Shown one piece after another: positions 23,401 to 36,600 of a stretch of DNA of 64,000 bases. Origin of the DNA: Lytechinus pictus (Eukaryota); assembly GCF_037042905.1 (NCBI RefSeq), contig NC_087250.1, forward strand, positions 14,448,001-14,512,000, written 5' to 3'. Below the pieces are notes generated by a model. The model was given only the letters and a program-made list of their open reading frames with translations, did no database searches and was not told the origin of the DNA. A program made the translations under genes and the position numbers. Position 1 is the stretch's first letter. Each line of letters starts with the position of its first letter.

Positions 23401-24815
23401 AAGCTAAGGCGACTTAATCCTCGAAACATCCTAAACTTGATATTTTTTCCATCCTGTGGTGTAAATTTATCAGACAGGCAAAGCCCTATACATCGTAACA
23501 AATACATAGACACAAATCGAAATACATAAATTAAATTTAAATGACTTGAAATGTCTTGCCATTATCCATGTTAGCAGTCTAAAGTAAGCATGATATTGAA
23601 GTATAATCAATTTTACCGTTTATCAATACTATTATCATCATCATCATCATCATTATCATTATTCTTGATTTTATTATTGTTATCGTTGTTGTAAATAATC
23701 ATTGTGTTAGTTATCATCGTAATGATATATATTTATAAGCATTAATAATCGTTATGATTATCATAAAAATTCATCATCATTCCAACTTCTTGTATATACT
23801 GATGCTACTCCTACTCTCTAAATGCAAAAGAGGCGCTAATCAGGGGACCGTTTCATGAAAGTTGTTAGCACTGGAAATTTGTCTTTCTCCGACAGTTACC
23901 ATAGTAACAGTCAGAGACCAGTGTCTCTCAGCCAATCAAAACCAAGGATTTCACTGAAATTGTCAGCACTGACAATTAAGTTAGTGCAGACAACTTTCAT
24001 GAAACACCCCCTGGTCCCTAATCACACTCTCCTCAGAGTGAGATGAGGGACCAGTCCTGATGTAATGAGATTTCAATCTTTCAAGAATGATTTTTTACTT
24101 TTTTGGAGTTAAAGTGTGCATCCTTTTACACTTTCACTCCAAAAAAAAGAGGGAAAATTCACTCTAGAAAGATTGAAATCTCATTCCATCGGGACTGGTC
24201 CCTCATCTCATTCTGAGAGGATTGTGATTATGGACCAGATTAGCTCCTTTGCATTTAGAGAGTACTATTCAAAATGGTAGTAGTATTACTGCTTCTGCTC
24301 TTACTACTGGAACTTCTACGACTACTACCTACTAGGCCTTTACTAGTACTACATTAAAACTACTACTACTATACTACTACTACTACTACTAATTCTACTA
24401 CTACTACTACTACTACTACTACTGCTACTTCTACTACTACTACTACTACTATACTACTACTATACTACTACTACTACTACTATTACTACTTCTACTGCTA
24501 CTACTACTTCTACTTCCATTACTACTAAAACTACTACTACTACTACTACAACTACTACTACTACTACTTCTACTACTACTATGCTATTACTACTATTACT
24601 ACTACTACTACTACTTCTACTACTACTACTATACTACTACTACTACTACTACTTCTACTTCTACTACTACTACTATACTACTACTACTACTACTACTACT
24701 ATTACTACTTCTACTTCTACTGCTACTACTACTTCTACTTCCATTACTACTAAAACTACTACTACTACTACTACTACAACTACTACTACTACTACTTCTA
24801 CTACTACTATGCTAT

Positions 24816-24853
<38 letters not shown>

Positions 24854-24997
24854 TACTACTACTACTACTACTACTTCTACTTCTACTTCTACTACTACTA
24901 CTTCTACTTCTACTAAAACTATATACTTCTACTACTTCTACTTCCACTACTTCTACTCTACTACTACTACTACTTCTACTTCTACTTCTACTACTAC

Positions 24998-25032
<35 letters not shown>

Positions 25033-25083
25033 TACTACTACTACTTCTTCTACTTCTACTGCTACTATTACTTCTACTTCCAT

Positions 25084-25125
<42 letters not shown>

Positions 25126-25213
25126 TACTACTATGCTACTACTACTACTACTACTAATACTAATACTACTTCTACTTCTACTACTACTACTACTACTGCT
25201 TCTACTTCTACTT

Positions 25214-25261
<48 letters not shown>

Positions 25262-25264
25262 ATT

Positions 25265-25295
<31 letters not shown>

Positions 25296-25324
25296 TTCCA
25301 CTACTACTACTACTTCTACTACTT

Positions 25325-25364
<40 letters not shown>

Positions 25365-25398
25365 TACTTCTACTACTACTATACTTCTACTTCTACTT

Positions 25399-25438
<40 letters not shown>

Positions 25439-25464
25439 TTCCACTACTACTACTTCTACTACTT

Positions 25465-25495
<31 letters not shown>

Positions 25496-25572
25496 TTCTA
25501 CTACTACTATTACTACTACTTCTACTTCTACTGCTACTACTACTACTACTACTTCTACTACTACTATGCTAT

Positions 25573-25613
<41 letters not shown>

Positions 25614-25671
25614 TACTACTACTACTACTACTACTTCTACTTCTACTTCTACTACTTCTACTTCTACTAAA

Positions 25672-25703
<32 letters not shown>

Positions 25704-25835
25704 TTCCACTCCTACTGCTTCTACTACTTCTACTAATACTACTACTACTACTCCTACTACTACTACTTAATTCTACTTCTACTGCTACTACTACTTCTAC
25801 TTCCATTACTACTACTACTACTTCTACTACTACTA

Positions 25836-25867
<32 letters not shown>

Positions 25868-26410
25868 ATACTACTACTACTTCTACTTCTACTACTACTA
25901 CTACTACTTCTACTTCTACTACTACTACTACTTCTACTTCTACTTCTACTTCTACTACTACTACTTCTAATTCTACTACTACTACTACTACTTCTACTTC
26001 TACTTCTTCTACTTCTACTCCTACTACTACTAACTTCTACTACTACTACTACTACTTCTACTTCTTTAACAAAATTACTATTACCTTCTTTTTATAGGGT
26101 TCTATATGAGAGTCAAAACTGGTCAGTTTCTACGTACTTCTACTACTTCTACTACTACTTCTAATTCTACGACTACTACTTCTACTCCCACTACTACTAC
26201 TTCTACTAATACTACTACTACTACTTCTTCTACTACTACTACTACTTCTACTTCTACTACTACTACTACTACTTCTACTTCCACTCCTACTGCTTCTACT
26301 ACTTCTACTAATACTACTACTACTACTCCTACTACTACTACTTAATTCTACTTCTACTGCTACTACTACTTCTACTTCCATTACTACTACTACTACTTCT
26401 ACTACTACTA

Positions 26411-26448
<38 letters not shown>

Positions 26449-26590
26449 ATACTACTACTACTACTACTTCTACTTCTACTTCTACTACTACTACTTCTAC
26501 TTCTACTAAAACTATATACTTCTACTACTTCTACTTCCACTACTTCTACTCTACTACTACTACTACTTCTACTTCTACTTCTACTACTAC

Positions 26591-26626
<36 letters not shown>

Positions 26627-26679
26627 TATACTACTACTACTTCTTCTACTTCTACTGCTACTATTACTTCTACTTCCAT

Positions 26680-26712
<33 letters not shown>

Positions 26713-26794
26713 TACTACTATGCTACTACTACTACTACTACTAATACTAATACTACTTCTACTTCTACTACTACTACTACTACTGCTTCTACTT

Positions 26795-26839
<45 letters not shown>

Positions 26840-26896
26840 ATTCTACTACTACTACTACTACTACTTCTACTTCCACTACTACTACTTCTACTACTT

Positions 26897-26939
<43 letters not shown>

Positions 26940-26973
26940 TACTTCTACTACTACTATACTTCTACTTCTACTT

Positions 26974-27013
<40 letters not shown>

Positions 27014-27039
27014 TTCCACTACTACTACTTCTACTACTT

Positions 27040-27070
<31 letters not shown>

Positions 27071-27147
27071 TTCTACTACTACTATTACTACTACTTCTAC
27101 TTCTACTGCTACTACTACTACTACTACTTCTACTACTACTATGCTAT

Positions 27148-27188
<41 letters not shown>

Positions 27189-27313
27189 TACTACTACTAC
27201 TACTACTACTTCTACTTCTACTTCTACTACTTCTACTTCTACTAAAACTACTACTACTTCTACTACTTCTACTTCCACTACTTCTACTCTACTACTACTT
27301 CTACTTCTTCTAT

Positions 27314-27346
<33 letters not shown>

Positions 27347-27581
27347 TTCTACTGCTACTACTACTTCTACTTCCATTACTACTACTGCAACTACTGCTGC
27401 TACTACTTCTACTACTACTACTATGTTACTACTACTACTTCTACTTCTACTTCTACTTCTACTACTTCTACTACTACTTCTAATTCTACGACTACTACTT
27501 CTACTCCCACTTCTACTACTTCTACTTCCACTACTTCTACTCTACTACTACTACTACTTCTACTTCTACTTCTACTACTAC

Positions 27582-27616
<35 letters not shown>

Positions 27617-30600
27617 TACTACTACTACTTCTTCTACTTCCACTCCTACTGCTTCTACTACTTCTACTAATACTACTACTACTACTCCTACTACTACTAC
27701 TTAATTCTACTTCTACTGCTACTACTACTTCTACTTCCATTACTACTACTACTACTTCTACTACTACTATACTACTACTACTACTAATACTACTACTACT
27801 AATACTACTACTACTTCTACTTCTACTACTACTACTACTACTACTTATACTTCTACTACTACTACTACTTCTACTTCTACTTCTACTACTACTACTTCTA
27901 ATTCTACTACTACTACTACTACTTCTACTTCTACTTCTTCTACTTCTACTCCTACTACTACTAACTTCTACTACTACTACTACTACTTCTACTTCTTTAA
28001 CAAAATTACTATTACCTTCTTTTTATAGGGTTCTATATGAGAGTCAAAACTGGTCAGTTTCTACGTAGAGGCGATCAAGGTATCCTAACCTCGTCGTCTT
28101 ACCCGCGACCCATCAGCGGCTATCGATGCCTGGAATTCTGGTACATGATAAATGGTAAATAAAACATTTAAGTGGTACTGATTCATATTCCAATTTGTTG
28201 AATTCGTTTCCAAATCAAGAGGAAACGTAGTCATGCAAAGGTCGGAATGGTTCATTCCTCAACATAACTTGTTTCAATGTAGTAAATGTGAAAACCACCA
28301 TCAATTTGGGGTTTTATTTAAATTTAGACCCCCCTAGTCCGGATGTTGGCCCTTCGAGATCATCGTTTTTCCCCCACTCACTGCACTCCCTCCACGGAAC
28401 GCCTTTCCTCCACACTGCACTGTACTGATCGCGCGACCCCCAGTGACCCTACCATTCACCAGGGGTGCGTTGCATCAACGTTTTCGTCCGACAAGTTGTC
28501 AGATCTGACATCTTTCCCTGACTTTGATTGGCTGAGAAGCACCGTTACTATGGTAACTGTCGGATAAGACAATACTTGTCCTTTCATGAAACACTCCCCT
28601 GATCGTATCACAAACATGTAGGCTTATTATATTAAAACTATTTCAAGACAAGAGATTCACTGCTCTCTTATAGTTAAATCCAAGATCTGACGCGTTTGTG
28701 TAACAAAAACATTGAAATTAATTCATAAACAATAGATAATCTAATCGTACGATTATTGCCCGTAACTTGCCTTTTTATTTATGTACGTTGTAGTATTGGT
28801 TGTTTTTAAGGTTTATCAATGTATTTTGACCTGCCTTTGTCACGTCATCTTGCCACGATCGACCTTCCACTCTCTATCTTTTTTCATGCTTTATATCTAA
28901 CTTCTTAAACTGTGACCCTCTTGTTATCTTCTTTGTTATCTTCTTTTTTCTAAATATCTCTCTCGATCATCATAAAATATACAAAGCAGTATGAATAGTT
29001 CTTATAATATTGTATCATAAGATCAATAGTTTACAGTATAGAGGATTTACTTTACACATTAAGCCATTGTAGCGTAAAATTAAATAAATGTATAGTAGTT
29101 CAGATGCATTTCAGTTTCTTATATGCTATATCCTGCAGGAAATAACAAAGTGTCACACAGTGTGATCACAGTGTGTTCACAGTTTGAACTATGTGAAAGC
29201 ATCATTCATACTGTTGAAATGCTCATATTCAACAGTGTGAAGACACCTCGACAGTGTGACTGCTCACAGCGTGTTCACATGGACGACTATATGAATATGT
29301 GATTCACACTGTTAAAATCATCAAATTTATCACTGTGAATGTGACTTCACATTGTGTTCCACACTGTGGCACACTTAATTTGTTGGACACTATTCTTTCC
29401 AGTTGGGTATGTGGAGAATTTTAATACCATAAACCTATTTATGTACATACCCTCTCAAGGGTGCGAGGTAAACAATACATTTTTATCTTATGCTGATTGA
29501 TTGAACAACCTTTTGAACAACTTTTAATCTTATCAGAGGATATAGGGGAGTTCACAGTGACTGCAGTGTTCTTGGATATTACCCAGTCTGATGTCTCATC
29601 CCTATCTCAAACATTTACGGTATGACCAAACTTGAATATACATTTAAACGTATTCATGGCACGCCATTAGGGAATACATACAATATATATTTCACTTCAA
29701 TTTTATTTTCAAATTTCAATTTTCACTTCAATATTTCCCAATTTGTATCATGTCTCGCCCAACTTTTCTAACATTTTCTCTAGATACCTATTTTTATATT
29801 CTGTTTCCTAATTATAATATGCAGTACTAACATTTCCTGCCACAATATTAAACTAGAATCACTTTCACTAGAAACACAATTCAACCACTATGATAATAAG
29901 GGCAAGTTGCTCCTGAATTCAATATTTAAAAATGTGGTCAAAATGTAAATAGAAAGTAATGAAAATGACTATATTCTTGTTTTTTTTACCTCAAAGATGA
30001 ATTGAAGCAAACTATATTTAGTTACCTTTTCGATTAAATGAAATAATTTGAGACAAACAGACTATATCAATGAAATATATTCTATTCTAACTCGACGGCA
30101 CGGTCAGTCACAATCTTTTACGAAACAACCAAACTTTTCTACTCCCCATGTAATTAATCAGGATGAGTTTCATTCAGTGACTTCTGTTATAAGCTACTGA
30201 AATCTTCGAATCTGATTGGCTGAGGGAAGAATTCTAAGTACAAATCCATGAAAATAACTTCGTCAATTATTTCCTTGATACAGGGTCCAACGGGAAGCTT
30301 CTGGCGGAAGGGGTCAATGGAGGTCGAGACGATTCAAGAGAATCTCTTCCGGTTCATGCTGACCGTTGAGGATACTATATCCGGGGCCTATGTTGCCATT
30401 GATGACGTTTTCGTGAAAGGCGAAAGATGTACTGGACAGAAAGGTATGAAGAACGATTAAAATGATTATCATTATATATATTATAGCTATAACTATGCAA
30501 GTCTATCTCCTTATCATTATGATAAGGAGATAGACTTGCATAGTTATTGCTAGATATATAGCTAAAAATATAACCAAATCAGAGGGGGAAAGGGTAGATA

Positions 30601-33600
30601 CATCTGTAGAAAGATTAATAGATAGATAGACAGCTATTCAGATTTTTTTTTTAAGTCGATGGATAGATAGATTGATAGGTAGGTAGATAGATAGAGTATA
30701 TTGGTGGATAAGTATATCCGGATGGATAGGTGAAAAGATTATTGATGGATCGGAATTTAAATAAAATGGTAGATAAATATATTAAATACCTTGTTGATAA
30801 CATAGATATAGGCCTACATAAATAGACAGCAAGATAATTTATTTGTGAAACGATTGGCACCTCATGATGGCATCCATCGCGCATACTTAGTAAGGCTGGT
30901 TTGCCACAAATTATAAGAATCTCGTCAAGGATGAGAAAAATACAGTTCCCTGTTCTTCAACCCTACACTCGGGACGTAGCTTCTGCGTCATTTATCTGCC
31001 ACCCCTTCCCCCAAAATGATAATAATAATAATCATTTGCGCATGCGCAAGACCAGACACAAACTGTTTTATGCAATAGTTATGCTTGTATTTCTTTTAGC
31101 CATGATAAATAAAGCGTCGCTAAGACATGCCGACAACTTCGCGTCTTGTTTCAGGTTCATGTGACTTTGAAGTCGACCTTTGTGATTGGTCGAACACGGA
31201 GAATCGTGACGAGATTGACTGGTTACGTCACAGCGGGGACACAGGCAACGAACTGGGTAGCCCTGATGTCGACCATACCACCGGGACTCCGTCCGGCTGG
31301 TACTTGTTCATCGACTCGTCTCTGAGCTCCTTCGGCTCACGGGCGAGACTCGAGTCGACTGGCCTCGAGACGGGTTCGGCCTCGGTCTGTTTCGGTCTCT
31401 GGTACCACATGTCTTGCTCTGGGGACAGCGAAAATACTTTGACTGTGAGTAAATTATTGAAAATATCCCAAACAAATATCACCAAACAACGCCAAGTCTG
31501 TCCTCTGTTTCCATCGTGTACTTTCCATCAACAATGTTTCATCGTTGTCTGTCAACATTGTTCCAACGTTATTCCAATCATAACAAAATTATCTATTGGT
31601 TTCCAGGTGAAGTTCACCTTTACAACTTAAATACTCTAACCTTTGTCATCCTATCTTATCCTATCCTATAATCAACAAATTAATCAACAAACAAGTTTCC
31701 GACGTTGTGCCATTGCCAACTGTCTTACAACTCTCCAACGAACTAATTTCAAACTTTGTCAATGTCGTGCCATTGTCGGCTGTTCAACAACTATCCAATT
31801 AAACGTGTTTCAAACGCTGTGCCATTGTCAATCTGTCCAACAACTCTCTAACTAACAAGTTTCCTACGATGTCAACGTCTTGTCATTGTTGACTGTCTAT
31901 CATCTTTCCATCAAATGAGTTTCCAACGTCGATTCAATGTTGATCGATCAATTTTTTTTCCCGCCGTCCAACGACTGTCGAGTTTCCAACATTGTGCCAA
32001 CGTTGGCATGTTACCTGATCCGAGGTTCTAGCTGTGGTCACGTCTGTCGGATGGAGACGTGAAAATGTCGGTACCAGACGTAAATAAGCATGCATGTCTA
32101 CTGTAAAAACTAATTGACACACGCTATCGTAATTAATACACATAATTTGAGGATAAGAACTGGTATAGATTTACTATCAAATGGTGGGCCTAGTTCTGCA
32201 ATGAGTAACGCGCGTTTTGAAGATGATTACGTAATACCATAAAAATATTGTAAATATTTGTGTGATCCCAGTAGGAAATAAATGTGTGTGGCGCAAAAGG
32301 AGCGCAAACAACTCTTTTTGTAGAGCGGAAGAAAAAGTATTGAATAATTAAAACAACGTGTAACATGGCAAATTAGAGATTGCACACTATTGCCAAAGGA
32401 ACCTTACGATATACAATCAATTACATCAAAGGGCGATAAAAATAGTCGAATGATATATATCATGCAAATGCCGACTACGCCAATGTCTGTAGGTTTAAAA
32501 TATTGGTGTTTTTTTTTTTTTTTTTTGCATTTGATCTATTGTTGATTATTGTATTTTTATATTACATGTCCTAGGTTGCCACGGAGACCGCTTCAAATTC
32601 CGTCAACCTTTGGACCTTCACGGGGGTCAAAGGTCAAGAGTGGAATAGAGAACAAATTAGCTTTGCACATTCTGGCCCTTATAGGGTAAGTGTACCTGCA
32701 CAATGTTTATGATGCGCTGCTTTCTTTATGTCACCCTCCCCGCTCATTCTCTTTCTATTGGTCATGACGTCAGGCTGGGTGTCAGGCCTACATAGCTTAA
32801 TAATATCGTGGAGCAATAGTATATCAAATGATTAAATGTTATACGTCATGACCACATTTGCAAAAAAAAATCGACCATTTGTTAAGTTTTACTTTGTGCA
32901 AATAGTTTCCTATATAATTATTGTAATGTCAGTAGAAACAGCAGGGGCCCGTTGCATAAAACATTTGCCATTAAAAACTCTGACAAATAAACAAAAACTC
33001 TGGCAAACAAAATTATACCATTGAAAATTACACATTTTTGGGGCAAAAGTTTTATGCAACGGGCCCAAGGATTTAATTTCTGTGCAACTCCCTATCCCCT
33101 AACAAAGAATATGAAAATGGTTGCAATGGATGGCGGAAACTAATTTAATGAAAGAATAAATTAATATAAAGGTTTGAGTTATAACTCCATGTTATCCCTT
33201 TCAATCAATAGGGAAAACAAAATCATGCCATGTTTTGGTTGAATCCCCCCCCCCCCTAACCCACACACACCAAAACACAAGGTCGTCAATTTTTAATGGT
33301 CATTTAATGCATGCTGAATATGATTGAGTCATTGTATCAAATGATCATATATCAAATTGAATGATAAAAATGTTTTTGATTTAATTATTTCCAATTTGTC
33401 AGCTTTTAATTGAAGGCACACTGGGGGCATCATCTCTTTGTGACGTAGCAATAGACGACCTCACGTTTAGCGAGGGCGCCTGCGACGACGAAGGCACACC
33501 AGCCCCGCCTTTTGAGTGTGCAACTGGTGGGCTGGTCATCAACCCTCAACAGATATGTGACATGCGGTCCGATTGTCCCGGTGGATCAGATGAACTCAAT

Positions 33601-36600
33601 TGTGGTATGACAATCTCACTCATTCAGTCAGCCAGTACCCGGAGCCAGTAGTCCAAAGTTTCACATTTTTGTTTTCCCCTTTGAACGGAGAAAAGGAAAT
33701 TCTTTTTTGCCCCCCTTCTTTTGCCTCCTCTTTTTCCATACCACCGATAACCGTTAGACTACAAGTCTTTGAACTTGTATTCTTTTTCAAATTCTCGCTT
33801 ATATTTTAAACCAAAAGGTAAGAAAAATCTTCATCTTGCGTTTTTGCCAATACCTGCATGGTTTTGAAATCACAACCTGAACATTAATGTTTTTAGCAAC
33901 TTACAGATGGCTATCTACTAGTGTCTAAGACCCTAATTCCATAACAAGTCAAGTTCTTAAGAATATGGTTTCAGATTTTGGTGCCCCATACACCTACCCT
34001 ATCAAAATCCGAGTGCTCTCCCCCCCCCCCCCCCCCCCGAGCGGGATCAAAGGGAAACATAATGATATAGACACCTAACTAAAATTCTTTGACAGCTAAT
34101 TTATATGATCATATACGAATCTTATCATCACAGGTATATGTAACTTTCAAGAAGACCAATGTGGATATACAACCGATCCCACCAGTCTCTTTCCATGGAT
34201 CCGCTATGGCAAAGATGTCCCGACCACACCGCCTCCAACCCTTGTACTTCCTGTAACGAATCCCTTCTATTCCAACCGGACATACATGATTGTTGACAAC
34301 ACGGCAATGCCTCTAGATGGGACTGAGTACTCCAGGTTGGTCAGTCCGGTGATTCAGGAAGTTGGGTCTGACTGTCTGATGGAATTTTCCTATTACCTGA
34401 GTGGACTAGGTACGTACTGATAAATTTTCTTTTCTTCTTCTTCGACTTTTTCTTTATCTTCTTCTTCTTCTTCCCTTTCTTCTTCTTATAATAATGATAA
34501 TAATAACGGTATATTAACCCAGGGTAGCCGCTTCAGTTCCAAAAACTGTTCTCCCAGCGGGCCCTGCTATTATTACCCCGGCTTTAGCTCGGCTACCTAG
34601 GCGCACAAGCATTCTTCATCATCGTATTTTCTTCATCTTCTTAATTATTCTTCTACCACCACTACTATTCTTTTCTTCTCCTTTTTCTTCTTGTTCTTGT
34701 TCTTCTTTATCTTTATATCTTCTACAATTTTTCCCTTCTTCCTCTTCATCATCATCTTCTTTTTCCTCTTCTTCTGCTTCTTCTCCTCCTCCCCCTTCTT
34801 CTTAATAATTCAAAAAGATCCATCTTCTACTCATGCCAGTTTTTCAGGTGTAATTTTACTTGTTCTTTTTTCCCCAATAATTGTGTACGAATAAAAAGAA
34901 AACATGTCTCGTTTCTACAGATACTCTTATGGTGACCTATACAAGTGATTTTGAAGAAGAGACGACCCTCTACCGAGCAGCTAAGCCTGCTATTGATTCT
35001 TGGCAGCCAGCAGTCCTATCCGTGGGACGCATTAGTCATCCATTCCAGGTACATCGATGAATAACTTCACAGACCCATCACTTCATTCACCTCAACTCAT
35101 TTCAAAATTCAAAATAACAAGCCCCCCCCCCCAAAAAAAAAAGCTCTTTACTCCCAATTGATGGTGATTTATACCAGGCGAATCTCGGAAATTAGCTCTT
35201 TCTTGGCACTTGATTGACAACATATCGTTTAATATTCGAATGAATTGAATTTCCTTGCACATTTTTACATTACTAAAGGCCTTATATTCAGCTAAGAATA
35301 AATAAAGCGGTTTTGTAAATTAAGGAAAGGTGGCTAAGCCGAAATGATGTGGGGTGGTAGGCATATGCTTATGTAAACAAGTAGATTCAGAAGGTTCTCT
35401 TTCGGGGTTTTACACGATGATTGAAAGAGCTGATGCTTTAGGAGCTGATTTTTAAAGCAGTTTAGCGATTCGAAATTATGCAATATTTTTTTTCTTTTCT
35501 CCACCAGTTCAACTTTTTAGCGACACATTACATTGGGGGAACCCCCGGGGTTACAGCCATCAGTGATGTCACAATGCTCAGATGTGGCTTCCCCGAACCA
35601 GAGGAGACATGTATTAGCGAGTTCAGCTGCTCGAACAGGGCGTGCGTTTTCTTCAGTGACGTCTGCGATTTTACTGATGACTGCGGCGACTATTCGGATG
35701 AGATCATGTGCGGTATGTGTGTGTGTGTGTGTGTGGGGGGGGGTGATGCTGTCTGAAATCGCTTATTATCCTGTGCAGGGCCCTCTTGTAAAGCAATTCT
35801 TTACTCCATAGATTACCCTGGAGTACAATTTAGATGCCTAGGCTTAGATGCAAATGCGTTATCTTGCTCATAAACTGACCTGTAGCTCATGAAACGGGTG
35901 AGAGTAGGCCCTATAGACCTTTAACATGCATTGACGTTGTCGCGCCGGCATCTCAGAGGTTCTTCCATTGCCTTGCATGTGTTAATGATCTGCAGCTGGC
36001 GCATCTCTGGCAACTCTGGCAACTCTGGTCAGAGAAAAGAAGGTGGTCCAGCCAGACCAATCATCGTTAGATTCACGACCAGAAGGATGAGGGATACTCT
36101 ATACTAAGGCCGGACAAATTGAGGGAAACGTCAACCCGTCACCTGGGATTCTCAAGAGATGAAGGAAAGGTGTTCCTCAACGAAAATCTAGCTCCAGCTA
36201 AGAAGTCTCTCCTCAAGAAGGCAAATGACGAGAGAAAGAAGGCGGGATACAAGTTCTTATGGACAATGAATGGCACCATTCTGGTGAGGAAGAGCTCGAA
36301 TGTTCCACCGGTTGCTATTCATCGAGAAGAGGATCTGAACAAAATTAAGTAAAACTCTCTTACGCATATATGTTTAAATTACTGGTGTTTTATGTAAATA
36401 ATGATTGACTTTGATATGATTACGAACATTTCCAATGATTCCAATGATGTTATTAATGATATTGGTGCTAATAATGATGAACTAAAAATTGATTTAGATC
36501 CAAATGATGGGGCTTCGAGTGTCATATCTTCAAACTACTACACTAAGGCTTCAGCCAAAACATTTTCAAAGGTTTACCTTCTTCCTGCTTAATTGTCTAT

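Noticed and set aside
24581..27740. Poly-Leu/Tyr/Thr/Ser ORFs up to 343 aa
   Set aside because: Translations of (CTA)n; only the 26098-26345 segment has a splice rationale
31490..32010. caac/aacgtt-rich degenerate tandem region
   Set aside because: Probably a decayed repeat; I could not define a unit or termini
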